Source of the DNA: Octopus sinensis
Taxonomy: Eukaryota
Assembly: GCF_006345805.1 (NCBI RefSeq)
Contig: NC_043015.1
Coordinates: forward strand, 14,570,001 to 14,634,000
Direction: 5' to 3'
Length of the DNA: 64,000 nucleotides
Within the stretch, counting starts at the first letter, position 1. Each line of letters opens with the position of its first letter. Positions 38,212 through 51,405 of the stretch are shown here, piece by piece. The notes below the pieces were generated by a model, which searched no databases, was not told the origin of the DNA, and saw only the letters and a program-made list of their open reading frames with translations. The translations under genes were made by a program, and so were the position numbers.

Positions 38212-39689
38212 TTAAGAGATGTTGAATGTTTAAGCCTAAGGTTCGAGAATGATTTACAGTATATGCAAAATAATTAGTTGAAAAACTTATATATTCACAT
38301 CTTCTATTTTATATCTTTTAATTGTTTCAATCATTAGACTGTGGTCATACTGGGGCACTGCTTTGAAGAATTTCAGTTGAATGAATCCACTCCAGTACTT
38401 ATTTTAAGACTGGCATTTATTCTATTGAGGCAAATGAAATCGAAGTCGAAATCAAATTCGGTGACTGGCATCCATTGCTAGTGGAGCGCTAAGAGTACCG
38501 TACGAGTGAGATCATTGCCAGAGCAACAAGCTGGCCTTTGTGCCGATGGTACGTTAAGCACACCATTCAAGTGTGATTGTCACCACGTCGCCTTACTAGC
38601 ACTTGTGCTGGTGGCATGTGAGATACTCAAGCAAGGTTGTTGCCAGTGCCACTAGACTGGCTCCTATGCAGGTGACACGTAAAAAGTACCATTTGGGCGT
38701 GGCTGCTGCCAGTACCACCAAACTGGCCCTCGTGCCAGTGGCACGTAAAAGCACCCACTACACTCTCGGAGTGGTTGGCGTTAGGAAGGGCATCCAGCTG
38801 TAGAAACTCTGCCAGATCAGATTGGAGTCTGGTTTGCCAGACCTCAGTCAAATCGTCCAACCCATGTTGCATGGAAAGCGGACGTTAAATGATGATAATG
38901 ATATCTATATATATATATATACATGAGTGTATGTATGAATTCTAAATGTTTGTGTATGTATGTTGGTGTGTGCATCTACACACATACACACACGTTTGTA
39001 GTTTGTATGTATGTATGTATGTAGGTTTAGTACATACCAGCATTGCTTGTGGGATTTGAACACTGAATCTGCTGTAAACCATATTGCTGAAGTGATCATT
39101 ACCTTCAAGTAACATCACAATTTTGACAATCAAATGAAGAAACTTAACCCAAATAGCTAGCATTTTATACCGGAGGCCTGTTGATGGGGATCACAGTACT
39201 TGCAGTATCAAGTTTGGATGTAAATATGCATGCACACACACACATACATGTGCACATGCATACATACAGATAAACAGACACATACACACACACACATGCA
39301 TGTGTGCATGCACACATACATACAGACACAGACACATGCACACATACGTAGACACACACACACACACATATATTGCCATGAAATATGGAAAATGGTGACA
39401 AGAAGTAGGATGCATTTCACTTGCGATGCCTGAGGAAGATCCTTAAACTTATCTTGAGAAACAGAATTACACATGAAAAAATTCTTCCACAAAAAGCAAA
39501 TCTCAGCAAAGGCAAATTCTTGTTGCACTCTGCTGATTCAACCTACTGTGTCTACTAGTTACATAGCAAGTAGAAACTGCCATGATGTAGACACAGTAGA
39601 AAGGAAAAAAGGCCATTCCCAAAACTCTTGGCTGCAAGCAATCCTGGAAAACCTCAAATGCCCCAGGACATAAATCTAGTGGCATCAAA

Positions 39690-40720
39690 GATAAAGTAGT
39701 ACATAACCACTCTAGAATTAACCACGATAATAAGAAACCTAAAAATAGGCCAAGGAAAATTATTTGGTTTGCCCCTCCCTTTTCCCTTAATGCGAAAACT
39801 AACATTAGCAAAAGATTCCTGTCACTCCTAGACACACTTTCCAGCCACTCAAAGATACAGGAAAATATTTAATAGGTGTTCTGTGAAATTATCATATAGC
39901 TACTGCCCCTGTATGAAGAGTATCATTACATGTGGTCACTACCAAGAGCCTGAATCCAGTTGCAACTGTTGCGACCCAGGTTCCTGTCCACTTGACCAAC
40001 GATGTATGACTAAATCTATCATATATGAGGCAGAAGTTACTGCAACCGTAAATAATAGTACAACTGATAAGAAGACCTATATTGGACTATGTGAAGGAGA
40101 ATTAAAAAATTGCTGTACCAATTACATAGCCTCATTCCCACATAGGGACAAAAGTAAAGCTACTAAGTTGGCTAGCTACATATGGACTTTGAAACATAAT
40201 GAAACACTGCATATAATTAAATGGAAAGTAATTGAGAAATCCATACCTTACTGACTTTGTTTGGCTGAAAGAGCACAGATCCTGTTCAGATCTAAGGTCC
40301 CTAACTTTCTATTGAACTCCAGGTCAGAAATTTTCAGTGGTTGCATGCATATTTTTAAATATATTTTGAAGAATTGGAAACTTCCACCTATTCCTGACTG
40401 GCATGATATCTTTCCAGCCTTATCATTTAAGCTCTAAGGAGAATAGCTCTTTTACCATTTTACTTTTTATTCTTGACATTTCAGTTTCTGTTTTATGTTT
40501 TCTATTTTTCATTTTCTGTTGTTTACAGTTTGTGTTTTCTATATGCTGCCTTCTCAGTTTTTCTGTGTTTCTTCTATTATTCAGTTTCTTTAGTTCGTTA
40601 TGACATGTGGTTTGTGCCTGAAGAATATGTTTGAGTTTTCTCAAAATATGAAACTATTAGTAGCACTTTAATACATGTATTGTGACCTTTAAATAAATAA
40701 TATTTATCTCTCACCAGATG
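39690..40720 (+). mobile_element. Penelope-like retroelement 3' part (GIY-YIG endonuclease + pLTR)
   Basis: [35 protein letters not shown] (GIY-YIG), LCLAE, LNSRSEI..C.H; hammerhead in the 3' region. Confidence 0.9.
40614..40666 (+). ncRNA. Type I hammerhead ribozyme (canonical core)
   Basis: GUGC CUGAAGA [AUAUGUUUGAG-UUUU-CUCAAAAUAU] GAAA CUAUUAG UA GCAC: 4-bp stem I, 10-bp stem II with one bulge, near-palindromic stem III, GUA cleavage triplet. Confidence 0.85.
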
Positions 40721-40817
40721 GAGTACTTTTTTTGTTGAATTTTCTATCATGGATCAGATATATATCTATATCTATATCTATATATATGTATATATATCAT
40801 CATATGTATATATATAT

Positions 40818-41313
40818 TGTGACCTCCTTCAGTCATGAATGACCATGGGATTGCACCTAGAAAGTTACCATCCGAGGCACAAGTCTGGACAAAGTTGTTT
40901 ATGGAAGACCAGCAGTCGCCCATGCATACCGGCCTCCCCTCTCCACACCACCAATGTTATCCAAGGGAAAGGCAAAGGGACTGATAGAGCTTGGCACCAG
41001 TGACGTCGCAGCTCATTTATTAACGTGCAAGTTGGTGTGCAGACATGTGTACCATTAACGTAGTTCTCGAGGAGATTCAGCGTGACAAGGCTGGCCCTTT
41101 GAAATACAGGTACAACAGAAACAAGAAGAAAGAGTGAGAGAAAGTTGTAGTGAAAGAGTACAGCAAGGTCCACCACCACCCCCTGCCGGAGCCTCGTGGA
41201 ACTTTAGGTGTTTACACTCAATAAACACTCACAAGGCCCGGTCTGGGAATCGAAACCGCGATCCTACAACTGCAAGTTCGCTGCCCTAACCACTGGGCCA
41301 TTGTGCCTCCACA
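40818..41313 (-). mobile_element. Composite SINE (family E head joined to family D tail)
   Basis: 41020-41313 resembles the 20577-20730/36514 head; 40818-41020 resembles 35437-35640. Confidence 0.65.
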
Positions 41314-41361
41314 TGTATATATATGTATATGTATATGTATATGTATATATATATATGTATA

Positions 41362-41455
<94 letters not shown>

Positions 41456-41598
41456 GAGAAAATGGAGAAATATATCTAAATCATTCATCAACTATCAGAT
41501 AATACCGAATCATATACTTTATTAAAACACTACACAAGAGCATTAAGATTAGACATTAATACAGTACAATAATTACAATCAATATAATGAGATATAAC

Positions 41599-41653
<55 letters not shown>

Positions 41654-42298
41654 AGTAAAAGGGATTAATAAATCCCGGCAGATATTTAAGACACTCAGTA
41701 TTAAATGAATTTGGTTATCAATAAATTCAAGTAGAATTAATATCTGAGATAATTCTTTACAAGTATTACAAGTAAATCTAAATTTCCCTTGTGTATGATA
41801 GACATGCAGACTGATTTTAGATTGGTGATTGTTGTAATCTACCATTGGAAAGAACTCAATAACAGGGTAATGTTAATTGGTGTCTTCTTGTCTTCTTATA
41901 ACATATGAAGGCATGTGGCTGAGTGGTTAGGGTATTTGGCTCATACATGTAAGGTCATAAGTTCAGTTCCTGACAATGCATTGTGTTCTTGGGCAAGACA
42001 CTTTATTTCACATTGCTCCAGTTCATTCAGCTGGCAAAAATGAGCAGTACCTGTATTTCAAAGAGCCGGCCTTGTCACACTCTATGTCACACTCAGTCTC
42101 CTTGATAACTACATTAAGGGTACATGTGTCTGTGGAATATTCAACCAGTCGCACGTTAATTTCATGAGCAGGCTATTCCATTGATCAGATCAACTGGAAC
42201 CCACAATGTCATAACCAAAGGAGTTCCAGTCTTACAACATGGCCAGATATTCTGACTCATGGCTCTTCAGAGAAGACTAGTAAATGTTTGGTCTATGT

Positions 42299-44511
42299 CA
42301 GGGGTGGCCAAACTGTGGCTTACAAGCCACATGCATCTCCTTGACCTTCAATATGCAGCTCATGGAAATACGTTGGCTGAGCTCCTTTTTTCATTACAGT
42401 TCATATAAAAGGTAAATAAGACAAATTTCAAGCTTTATAATTATTTACTGGATATGAATTGAGACACCATTGGATTAAAATGTAAGTTTAATGTTCATGG
42501 TTAGCAAAAATATTTAAGAATATAAATCCTGATTTTAATGCTAAATCTAAGTGAGGAATGGTGGGAGGCAGGGGGATTAAAGAAATTTCTGGTCAGCAAG
42601 TGTTACAGAGGAATGTCAGAAGACTGAGGTCATGGGTAAGGGGATTAGAGGTTTGGGTGAGCCGAGAGAGTGAGAGTGGTCACAGGTGGCTTAATGAGTC
42701 TAGGCCTGACCACACTCATGTCATGTACATTAAGGCAGTATAACACAAGGCATTGAACTGTGCAGACTTAGGTACACTTTGGACGCAAGTTTTGTTTAAA
42801 AGTGTCTGCAAAAATTTTGTGAAGGAAGATGGCTTCTTCAGATTTTAAGAAACGAAAATATGAAGATGAAAACAGAAATTTTAAGCCAGGGTGGGAGGAA
42901 GATTTTGCATTCACCATTAAAGGAGGTAAAACTTTGTGCAGATATGATTTTAAAATTTCTCTCGCATTCTGTTTATCTCTTGACAAATCAAGTCATACAA
43001 GACAACCCACAGTTGGCAGCATTTATTCATTATGTTTCCTCTGTGAAAGAAAAGATGTTGGACTTAGTGGCATTAAAAGTGATGTCTCTTTCTCAGGCAT
43101 TATGAGGTGGCAGTCAACCAGCAATGTCTTGAGTAGGTTTGTTGATCTGTTGGAGCCTATTATTACTTTTCTTAAACAAAAGAAAAGATCCTGTCCTGAA
43201 TTGGAAAATGATGAATGGATGCAAGATCTGATGTTCTTTACTGAAACTCTCAACTTGGCACTCCAGGGGAATATTAAGATTGTTTCTAATCTTACTCAAA
43301 CAATTTTCAACTTTTAGAATAAAATAAGAGTTTTTCAAAGAAACATATTGTCAAGAAACTTCAGTAACTTTCCCAATCTCAGTAGGAGAGTAAATACATT
43401 CCCTGTTATTGAAATAAAAAACCCCCACAAACTGGAAGAATACAAAGATAAATTACGAGGATTGTTTGATAATTTCCTAGCCAGGTTTGATGACTTGCAG
43501 AAGCTGAAGCCATGCTTTGCCATTCTTGTAAATCCATTTATGGCTGATGTGGTCAATGATGGATGTTTAATTCTTGTACCTCTGGTTATGGAATCATCTG
43601 CTGTGGAAATGGAACTAATGGAATTACAGGAGGACCTGGGTCTAACGATGATCCATAAATCTCAGTCCACAATTGAGTTTTGGAAACAAGTTCCTGAAAT
43701 AAAATATCCTAAACTGAGGAAAACTAATGTGTGGCTCATCTCAATTTTCAGTACAACATACTGCTGTGAATCACTGTACTTTGTAATGAAGTTTGTGAAG
43801 TCGAAGCTTTGTGCAATCCTTACAAACCAACAACTGACAGGGCTAATTCCTACAGCCTTGACAACATATCAACCAGATTTTCAACAACTCACAGCCAAGA
43901 TGAAGACCCACAAGACCTACTAGCAGTAAATAGTGGCTTTAATAGCCTGATATTTGTAGCATTGTCTGTTTGTCATAAAACGACTGTAATTTTGTAAAGT
44001 GGTATCTGATTAAAATATCTCAAATTTTATTGGCTTGCTTTTTTACATATATTCCTCCACGTTTTGACCAGATATTTACTAAGACAATTAAATGTCATTT
44101 AAAATAAAATTGTTTTTCTTGTTTTAGTGTTATTTTCTGCAGTCTAATTTTATGTTACTGAAATGCAAATTTGCACATTTGTCTTAGAAGTTCCCATAGT
44201 TCATTACCATATTTAAAATGCTCAATATAGTTAAAACAATCATCAGTCAAGGTTTTGCAAACATTTGGTATATATATATGTGTGTGTGTATTTTGTGATA
44301 ACTTAAACCAATACAAATTAACAGTTTTAAAAACTGCATATATGAATAAATATTATTACATACATGCATTTCTTAATATTTATATAGAAGTTTTGTAACA
44401 AAATGTATATGTAACAAAAACATGTGTAAATTTTGTTCATGTATTGTGGCTCTCAAACATCTGAACTTTATTGAATGTGGCTCTTACGTTAAGCGAGTTT
44501 GGCCACCCCAG
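42299..44511 (+). mobile_element. hAT (Charlie/SPIN-group) DNA transposon with deleted, pseudogenised transposase
   Basis: TIRs CAGGGGTGGCCAAACT / AGTTTGGCCACCCCAG; 8-bp TSD GTCTATGT/GTATATGT; ORFs 42829-43923 with RWQS, LNLALQG, FWKQ..YP.L, FSTTYCCES (GTF2IRD2/EPM2AIP1-like). Confidence 0.93.
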
Positions 44512-45257
44512 GTATATGTATACTATAAATACAGAGATTGGGTAGAGGTAGATTAGAGGTGATGATTGCAATAGTACAAATAATTACAACAGTAGTGAAA
44601 GTACTAGTAAAAAATGTAATGTGATAATGGTAATCATGATAAGAACAATACAAATAAGAGGAAATTAAAATTAAAAAAATTAGATGATATTGGTGTAGAA
44701 AACTATAATAAGATAAGATGAAGGGTGTAGTTATGGTGAGAGTGGAAGTATGATAAAAGTAAAAATAGAAATAATATAAAAATATAAAGTATAAATAGCA
44801 TGATAGTGTTAAAATATTAAGGAAAAATGGCGTGATTAGAAAAGAGAAGGTTTGGCAAGAGTGAGTGGTAAAGGTTAAAAGTTTAAAGGAATTTAAAGCA
44901 GAGTTTTAGTTCTGATTAGGAAGGAAAGTGAGGGAAATGTGTGGCTGTAATGTGACTTGGTAGTAAGAGAGTGTTTGGCAGAGGTGAAAATATTAAAATA
45001 GAGATGAAAAACAAGAAAGTGAGGATGGGGGGGGGGGGAAAGGGTTGAAGAATAGGAAGAAATGAAAATAAAATAAGACAATGAAGAAGAGTGAGAATAA
45101 TTTAGGTAAAGAAATTTTGGTGTTGCTGCATGCAACACCAAGATTATCACCAGCACCATCACAACTGCTGTCACCACCACCACCACTTACACACACATAT
45201 ATATATATAGTGTATATATAAATACTATATAAATATATATATATAATGTATATATAA

Positions 45258-45315
<58 letters not shown>

Positions 45316-45319
45316 ATAT

Positions 45320-46107
45320 GACTACATATGTGGAAAATCGGTGTGTGTTTGTTTGTGGCGTTGTTAGCTAACACCTCCTACATCGTTTTATTGATTTTGA
45401 TGAAACTTAACACGTGAGTAGAACTCATACCTGGAAACCTTGTGACATATTTAGATTGTTGAAAAAGTCAATAATATAGCTCCTGGAAGGGACCTTTATA
45501 ACTACCTCATATAACTATTTTTTTAAAAACATCCAAGGGAAATAACCCATAGCACCTGTACAATATGTTTTTAAACACTCAAGGGAAATAACCCATTTCA
45601 TTGTTTGTGTTCGATTAATTTTAATATTGATTTATTATGTGTTCTATTTCTAATTTTTGCAGACAATATCACTTTTATACTTTATTTGACACATGAGTAG
45701 AACTCATGTATGGAAACCTCGTGACATACTTAGATTGTTGAAAAAAATTAATAATAGGGCCCTTCCAATGGATCCTTCTATCTACTACATATTATTAATA
45801 TTTTATTTAAACAACCCAAGGGAAATAACCCGTACCACCTGTAGATTTTAGTGAAGTAATCAATATTTGATTCTTACAAGAGCAGTTATACATTTCCCAG
45901 ATGCCTTCACTAAGCAGAATAATGTCTTTGCCTCTCGCCAACCTCCAACAATCTCTCCCTTCTCCAGCTGACAGTTGTTTGTACTTTTCCATGATGGAAA
46001 AAACACTTTTTGTGGCAGTTATAATAAAATTGCTTTCTTATATCAGAGTAATAAGGCATTTCAATAGAACACCTTTACCCCCGGGAATTACCAGGTGCAC
46101 CAGCTAG
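45320..46107 (+). mobile_element. Non-autonomous Helitron with internal diverged duplication
   Basis: 3' CCCGGGAATTACCAGGTGCACCAGCTAG|T; repeated block ACAC(G/A)TGAGTAGAACTCAT..CAAGGGAAATAACCC at about 45410 and 45689. Confidence 0.65.
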
Positions 46108-46549
46108 TATATATATACATAATGTAAATAATATATATATATGCATATATACATATGTATATGTACATACTTACATCTATAAATATATGTATATATGCAT
46201 ATGTGAGCACAGGACTTTGTGAAACATGTACAACACTCATGTGGAACATATGCATGTACACCCACGTGTATATGAAACCATAGACATGTACATATATAAA
46301 TACCCGCACAAAAAGTTCATATACACGTCTATGTATGCACATGCACAAGAAAAATGCAGGGTGAAAGGTAAAATACAGAAAAAATGTGTAAAAATATATA
46401 AAGCAATAAAAATATATCTCTATAAATATGTAAAAAATATATATAAGAAATATAGAGAGATAAAAAAAGCTTGTACGTGGACACAATACAAAGCAAGTTC
46501 TATCTGTGATCTTGGTGAGACCAAAACCGTAACAAATATTTAGCTATAT

Positions 46550-48340
46550 ATGGACATGATCCAAAAGTTCAGTTCTTGAATTTAGACATGTGGCTGAGTC
46601 TAAGCTGCTTTTCCAGATGAGCCGTCTTTCCATGCCACAAAGACTGCACTTTCCACTGCTGTTGGCTAAGATCTTCCAATGGAAGTTGTAACTGACACCT
46701 TTATCTTTTAAGGACCATATATGACTGGATAATTTGGTTGTTTCCTTTTATCCCAGTGCCTGAAGCTCAAGGTGTTATTATTGAACCTGGCCTTGAAATT
46801 CTCCTCTGTAAGGCCTACATAGTTTTTTGTCAAAACTGTGTTCTTAGTGATTGTAGAGTCTACAGTGGCTTCATAAATGATGGTCTCGGACATGCATGCT
46901 CTATTTAGCAGGCACAAATTTTTGCCCCTGCATGAACAGCTGGTTTCATTTTATGATTTTTGTGTGTTGTGTATGGTTATATTTTAAAATTAGTAGTTGA
47001 GCTGAAACTGATTTTTAAGTTATGTCTATTGAAGAGCTTTCTGTAACTATGATTAACTGGAAAATGTCTACCTATCAGTGCTAAGAAATACTTACCTATA
47101 TTAAAGGTCACTTCAGTGGAGTAGGAGGCTGTGAACCAGATAATTTTCCTATTCCTATGCTTCCTTTTCTTTATAATTAGACTGGTGACAGGTGTATAGC
47201 TTATTTCCTTGCTAAATGCACTATCTTTTAGAGCCTTATTATTTACTGGGGCAACGCTATTAAAAATGTCTCTATCGGAGGAGAGGCTAGAAATTCTTTT
47301 GCTAATGTTTTTAACTAAATTTTTAAACGTTGTGGAGGATAGCAGGAACTCACATTAATATAACTAAGTCTATCATTGTGCTTCCTATAAGATTTATAAA
47401 TCATCATCATCATCATCATTTAACGTCTGCTTTCCATCCTAGCATGGGTTGGATGATTTGACTGAGGTCTGGCGAACCAGATGGCTGCACCAGACTCCAA
47501 TCTGATCTGGCAGAGTTTCTACAGCTAGATACCCTTCCTAACGCCAACCACTCCGAGAGTGTAGTGGGTGCTTTTACGTGCCACCGGCATGAGGGCCAGG
47601 CAGGCGGTACTGGCAACAGTCACGCTCAAATGGTGCTTTTTATGTGCCACCTGCACAGGAGCTAGTCCAGTGGCACTGGCAATGACCTCACTGGTATGTT
47701 TTTCACGTGCCACCAGCACAAGTGCTAGCAAGGCGACACAGGTAACGATCACGCTCGAATGGTGTTTTTAATGTGCCATCAGCATGAAGGCCAGCTTATT
47801 GCTCTGGCAACGATCTCACTCGTATGGTACCCTTAGTGCTCCACAGCATGGATAGATTTAAGGATACATCTAGGAAATTGACAACCGTCAGGTTGGTATC
47901 TGTAGTTATGCTAAGACCGAAAGTTTTCATCATTTGGATAATGTCCTTCATAAACTGATCTTGTGCTGGTCCATTGGTATTTGTGGTTAAAGCTCGGGCA
48001 TAATCTTTGTAAATGGCAAAATGTACATCAGGAAAAGTCTTGTCCAACACATTGAGTAGGAATAGTCCAATGAATCGCATATGCCTGCTCCATCATATGA
48101 CCCTATGCTCACATTGAAAGCACCCTCTCTATCGGTAGTCTTGACCCACTCTGCATTCTCACTGAAGAGTAAAGTCTTTCTAGCATGGAAGATTATGGCC
48201 TTATCTTGTGTACTAATTACTCTTCCAGGGCTTAACAATTGTTTCCAGGATCTCAATGTAGGTGGCAGTGTTAACTCTAAGGCATTGTGGAAAGAAATAA
48301 GGAGGCATCACATGTCCTTCATTGCTGACAACCCCTAAAA
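46550..48340 (-). mobile_element. Decayed Penelope-like retroelement (RT + GIY-YIG), interrupted by a family C SINE
   Basis: IIFHARKTLLF, FNVSIGSYDGAGIC, IYKDY (YRDD equivalent), VNFLDVSLNL; TIIYEA..YVGLTE..FKARFNN. Confidence 0.9.
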
Positions 48341-48344
48341 CCAT

Positions 48345-49015
48345 GACAGTTGCAGGAAATTTTGTATGCATAATACTTGGAACTTCAGAAGGGTCTGCAC
48401 ATAACCATCAGTCATTTCTTCTGTTAACTTTTTGATCTTGGTTGAAGTTTTTCTTGTTTGAGAAAAAACCAAATCAAATCTTCTTCTGCTGTATTTTTCA
48501 GTTGGATGAAGAACCTTTTAGATCTGATGTAGTGATTTTCTTTTGATTTTCTGACAAACTGATCTTTCCTCATCATATTAAGTTATATCTGATGTCTTTG
48601 TGGACAACATTTCTGACTGTTCCTTCTGACACATGGAGATCTTTTGTAATTGATCTCATGGACTTTCTGGGATTGTAATCAATGGACTGTTGAACTTGCT
48701 GGATAAATTCAGGTGTTCTGATGATTTCAGAGCATTTAGAATGCATTTAATGCTTTGATATAGATGATACGTTTCCATCTTCAGTTTCTAACTCCTTACA
48801 AACTTTGTAGATGAAAGATCTGGCAATTTTTAAAAATCAAGATATTTCTAAATCACTATGCTCAGCTTTTATAACCACAACAACCGTATGCCTCTTCATT
48901 TCTTGAGTAAGCTGAGAGTCTGCTGTTATTATTTTCTGAAACAAAGATTATACAGAATTAGCAAAAATTGCAGCAATACCCCAAAAAGGTGTCCTCAAAT
49001 ACCTTATGCACCCTG
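48345..49015 (-). mobile_element. Tc1/maT-like transposase fragment
   Basis: Minus strand IRTPEFIQQVQQSIDYNPRKSMRSITKDLHVSEGTVRNVVHKDIRY (HTH region); CAGGGTG terminus near 49015. Confidence 0.7.
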
Positions 49016-49636
49016 CATGTATATATATATATATACACATTTCTTTACAGATTCTGCCTACCAAATCTATTTACAAGGCTGTGGTTGGCTCAAGGCTATG
49101 GTTGGCTCAAGGCTGTAGTAGAAAAGACTTGCCCAAAGTACTGTGCAGTGAGATTGAACTCAAGGCCACATGGTTGGAAAGCAAGCTTCTGAATCCCACT
49201 GCTGCCATGCCTGAAGTGAAAATATAAATAGAACTTATGAGAGAAGATGTGGACATTTAGTGGTGATGTGAGAAAATATGAGAGAGAATTATATAGATAA
49301 TTATTTCTACTAGTAGCAAAAGGCCTGAAATTTTGTGGGAGGGGGCTAGTTGATAGCACTGACCTCTCTATTCAACTAGTACCTATTTTATTGGCCTCAA
49401 AAAGATGGAAGGCAAAATTGACCTTGGCAAAATTTGAACTCTGAACATAATGACAAATGAAATGTAGCTAAACATTTGTATGGTGTGCTAATTTTTCTGC
49501 CCGCTCACCACCTTAGAAGAATTTACAGATTATAACAATAATACTATAGTGTAGAAATCAACAGTGATTGGTAGTATTCAATCATTTGATGTTTGTTTTT
49601 CTCTGCTAACATGGATGTAAATGTTGAGTTATTTAA

Positions 49637-50347
49637 CCCTTTTAATACCAACCTGGCTGAAACTGTCTCTGGCTTTGTAGTACAAATGTCTTGTCTGCAA
49701 AACTTCTGAATTAAAATCTTCCACAATTTATGTTCTAACACTAGCTTAATGATAACTAAGTTATTTTACTAAATTCTTTGTTATCATCATTATCATCATC
49801 ATTGTTTAACATCCGTTTTCCATGCTAGCATGGGTTGGACGGTTCGACCGGGGTCTGGGAAGCTAGGAGGCTGCACCAGGCTCCAGTCTGATCTGGCAGA
49901 GTTTCTACAGCTGGATGCCCTTTCTAACGCCAACCACTCTGTGAGTGTAGTGGGTGCTTTTTACATGCCACCGGCACAGGTGCCAGGGGAGGTTGGCAAC
50001 GGCCACGATCAGTTGGTGCTTTTTACGTGCCACCAGCACAGGTGCCAGGGGAGGCTGGCAACGGCCACGATCAGTTGGTGCTTTTTACGTGCCACCAGCA
50101 CAGGTGCCAGGGGAGGCTGGCAACGGCCACGATCAGTTGGTGCTTTTTACGTGCCACCAGCACAGGTGCCAGGGGAGGCTGGCAACGGCCACGATCAGTT
50201 GGTGCTTTTTACGTGCCACCAGCACAGGTATCACAACTACAATTTCCATTTGATTTTTTGATGTTGATGCACTTGACTCAATAGGTCTCCTCTTAAAATT
50301 AATTGAAAGAAACAGAGCATCTCAACAGAAATATGGTAACAAAAGGT
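49637..50347. mobile_element. piggyBac-like MITE split by a family C SINE
   Basis: TTAA|CCCTTTTAATACC ... GGTAACAAAAGGT|TTAA. Confidence 0.75.
49953..50228. repeat. 62-bp tandem repeat (about 4.5 copies) inside SINE family C
   Basis: Unit GGTGCTTTTTACGTGCCACCAGCACAGGTGCCAGGGGAGGCTGGCAACGGCCACGATCAGTT at 49953, 50015, 50077, 50139, 50201. Confidence 0.95.
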
Positions 50348-51064
50348 TTAAGGCAGGATTTTATGCTGATACCATTCCCGTTGCCATGTTTTTCAAATAA
50401 GGTTATATTTCTCCATGACTAGAAATGTGTTCAGAATGATTGGAAATGAATGACACTACTTGTACAACGGGAACCCTTTTTCTTGTATTCTTTTACTTGT
50501 TTCGGTCATTTGACTGTAACAATGTTGGGACAAGGTTTTTAGTTGAAAAAATTGACCCCAGGGCTTATTCATTATAAACATAGTACTTATTGTATCGGTG
50601 TCTTTTGCTGAACCACTAAGTTATGGGGATGTAAACACACCAATATCGGTTGTCAAGTAATGGTAGAGGGACAAACACAGCCACAAAGACACACACATAA
50701 ATATACACACACATACACACACACCACACACACACACAGACATGCACACACATACACAGAGAAGACAGGAATACATGTACCTCTCATCCAGACCATTGGT
50801 TCCCAAGCTGATAAATAGTCACCCACCACTTCACCAAAATGTTAGCGAAATATTTTACTCTTCTCTCCTTCATAACCAAGAAAACAAAACAGTGTTTGTA
50901 TTCATAATAACTCTCCTTTCTTTGCTCTAGTGTTGTGTTGGGCAAGCTTAAAAAAATGTTTGAAAATATCTAATTTATTAAGGACATCAATTTGACCATC
51001 CTTTAGTGAATCCTTATAGGCTTCTCCTTAAGAGGAAAACTCTCTAAACATGACCTCTTCTTTC

Positions 51065-51405
51065 CATCAATACCAGAACAGCAATTGGGAAATCCCAAAA
51101 CTCAAGAGCTTAACCAAAATTTAAAATTGTCATCGTTGTCGTCGTCATCATCATCATCATCATTATTGTCATCGTCAGCATCACTGCCATTGTCATCAAT
51201 ACCAGGAAAACTATTGGGAAATCCCAGAATTCAAAAGCTTGACAAAATTACAAGTCATCATAATCATCATCATCATCGTCATTGTCATCATCATCATCAT
51301 CATCATTGTTAACATCAGCATCACTGTCATTGTCATCAATACCAGGAAAACAATTGGGAAATCCCAGAATTGAAAAGCTTGACAAAATTACAAGTCATCA
51401 TAATT
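51065..51405. repeat. Three ~130-140-bp tandem units separated by (CAT)n
   Basis: CATCAATACCAG..TTGGGAAATCCCA..AGCTT at 51065, 51195, 51334. Confidence 0.85.

Noticed and set aside
39425-39470. CTGAGGA..GAAAC hammerhead-like string
   Set aside because: Extra bases before GAAA and no stem I/III pairing.
49953-50228. CRISPR-like regular repeat
   Set aside because: Units are contiguous with no unique spacers, lie inside a eukaryotic SINE, and there are no cas genes.
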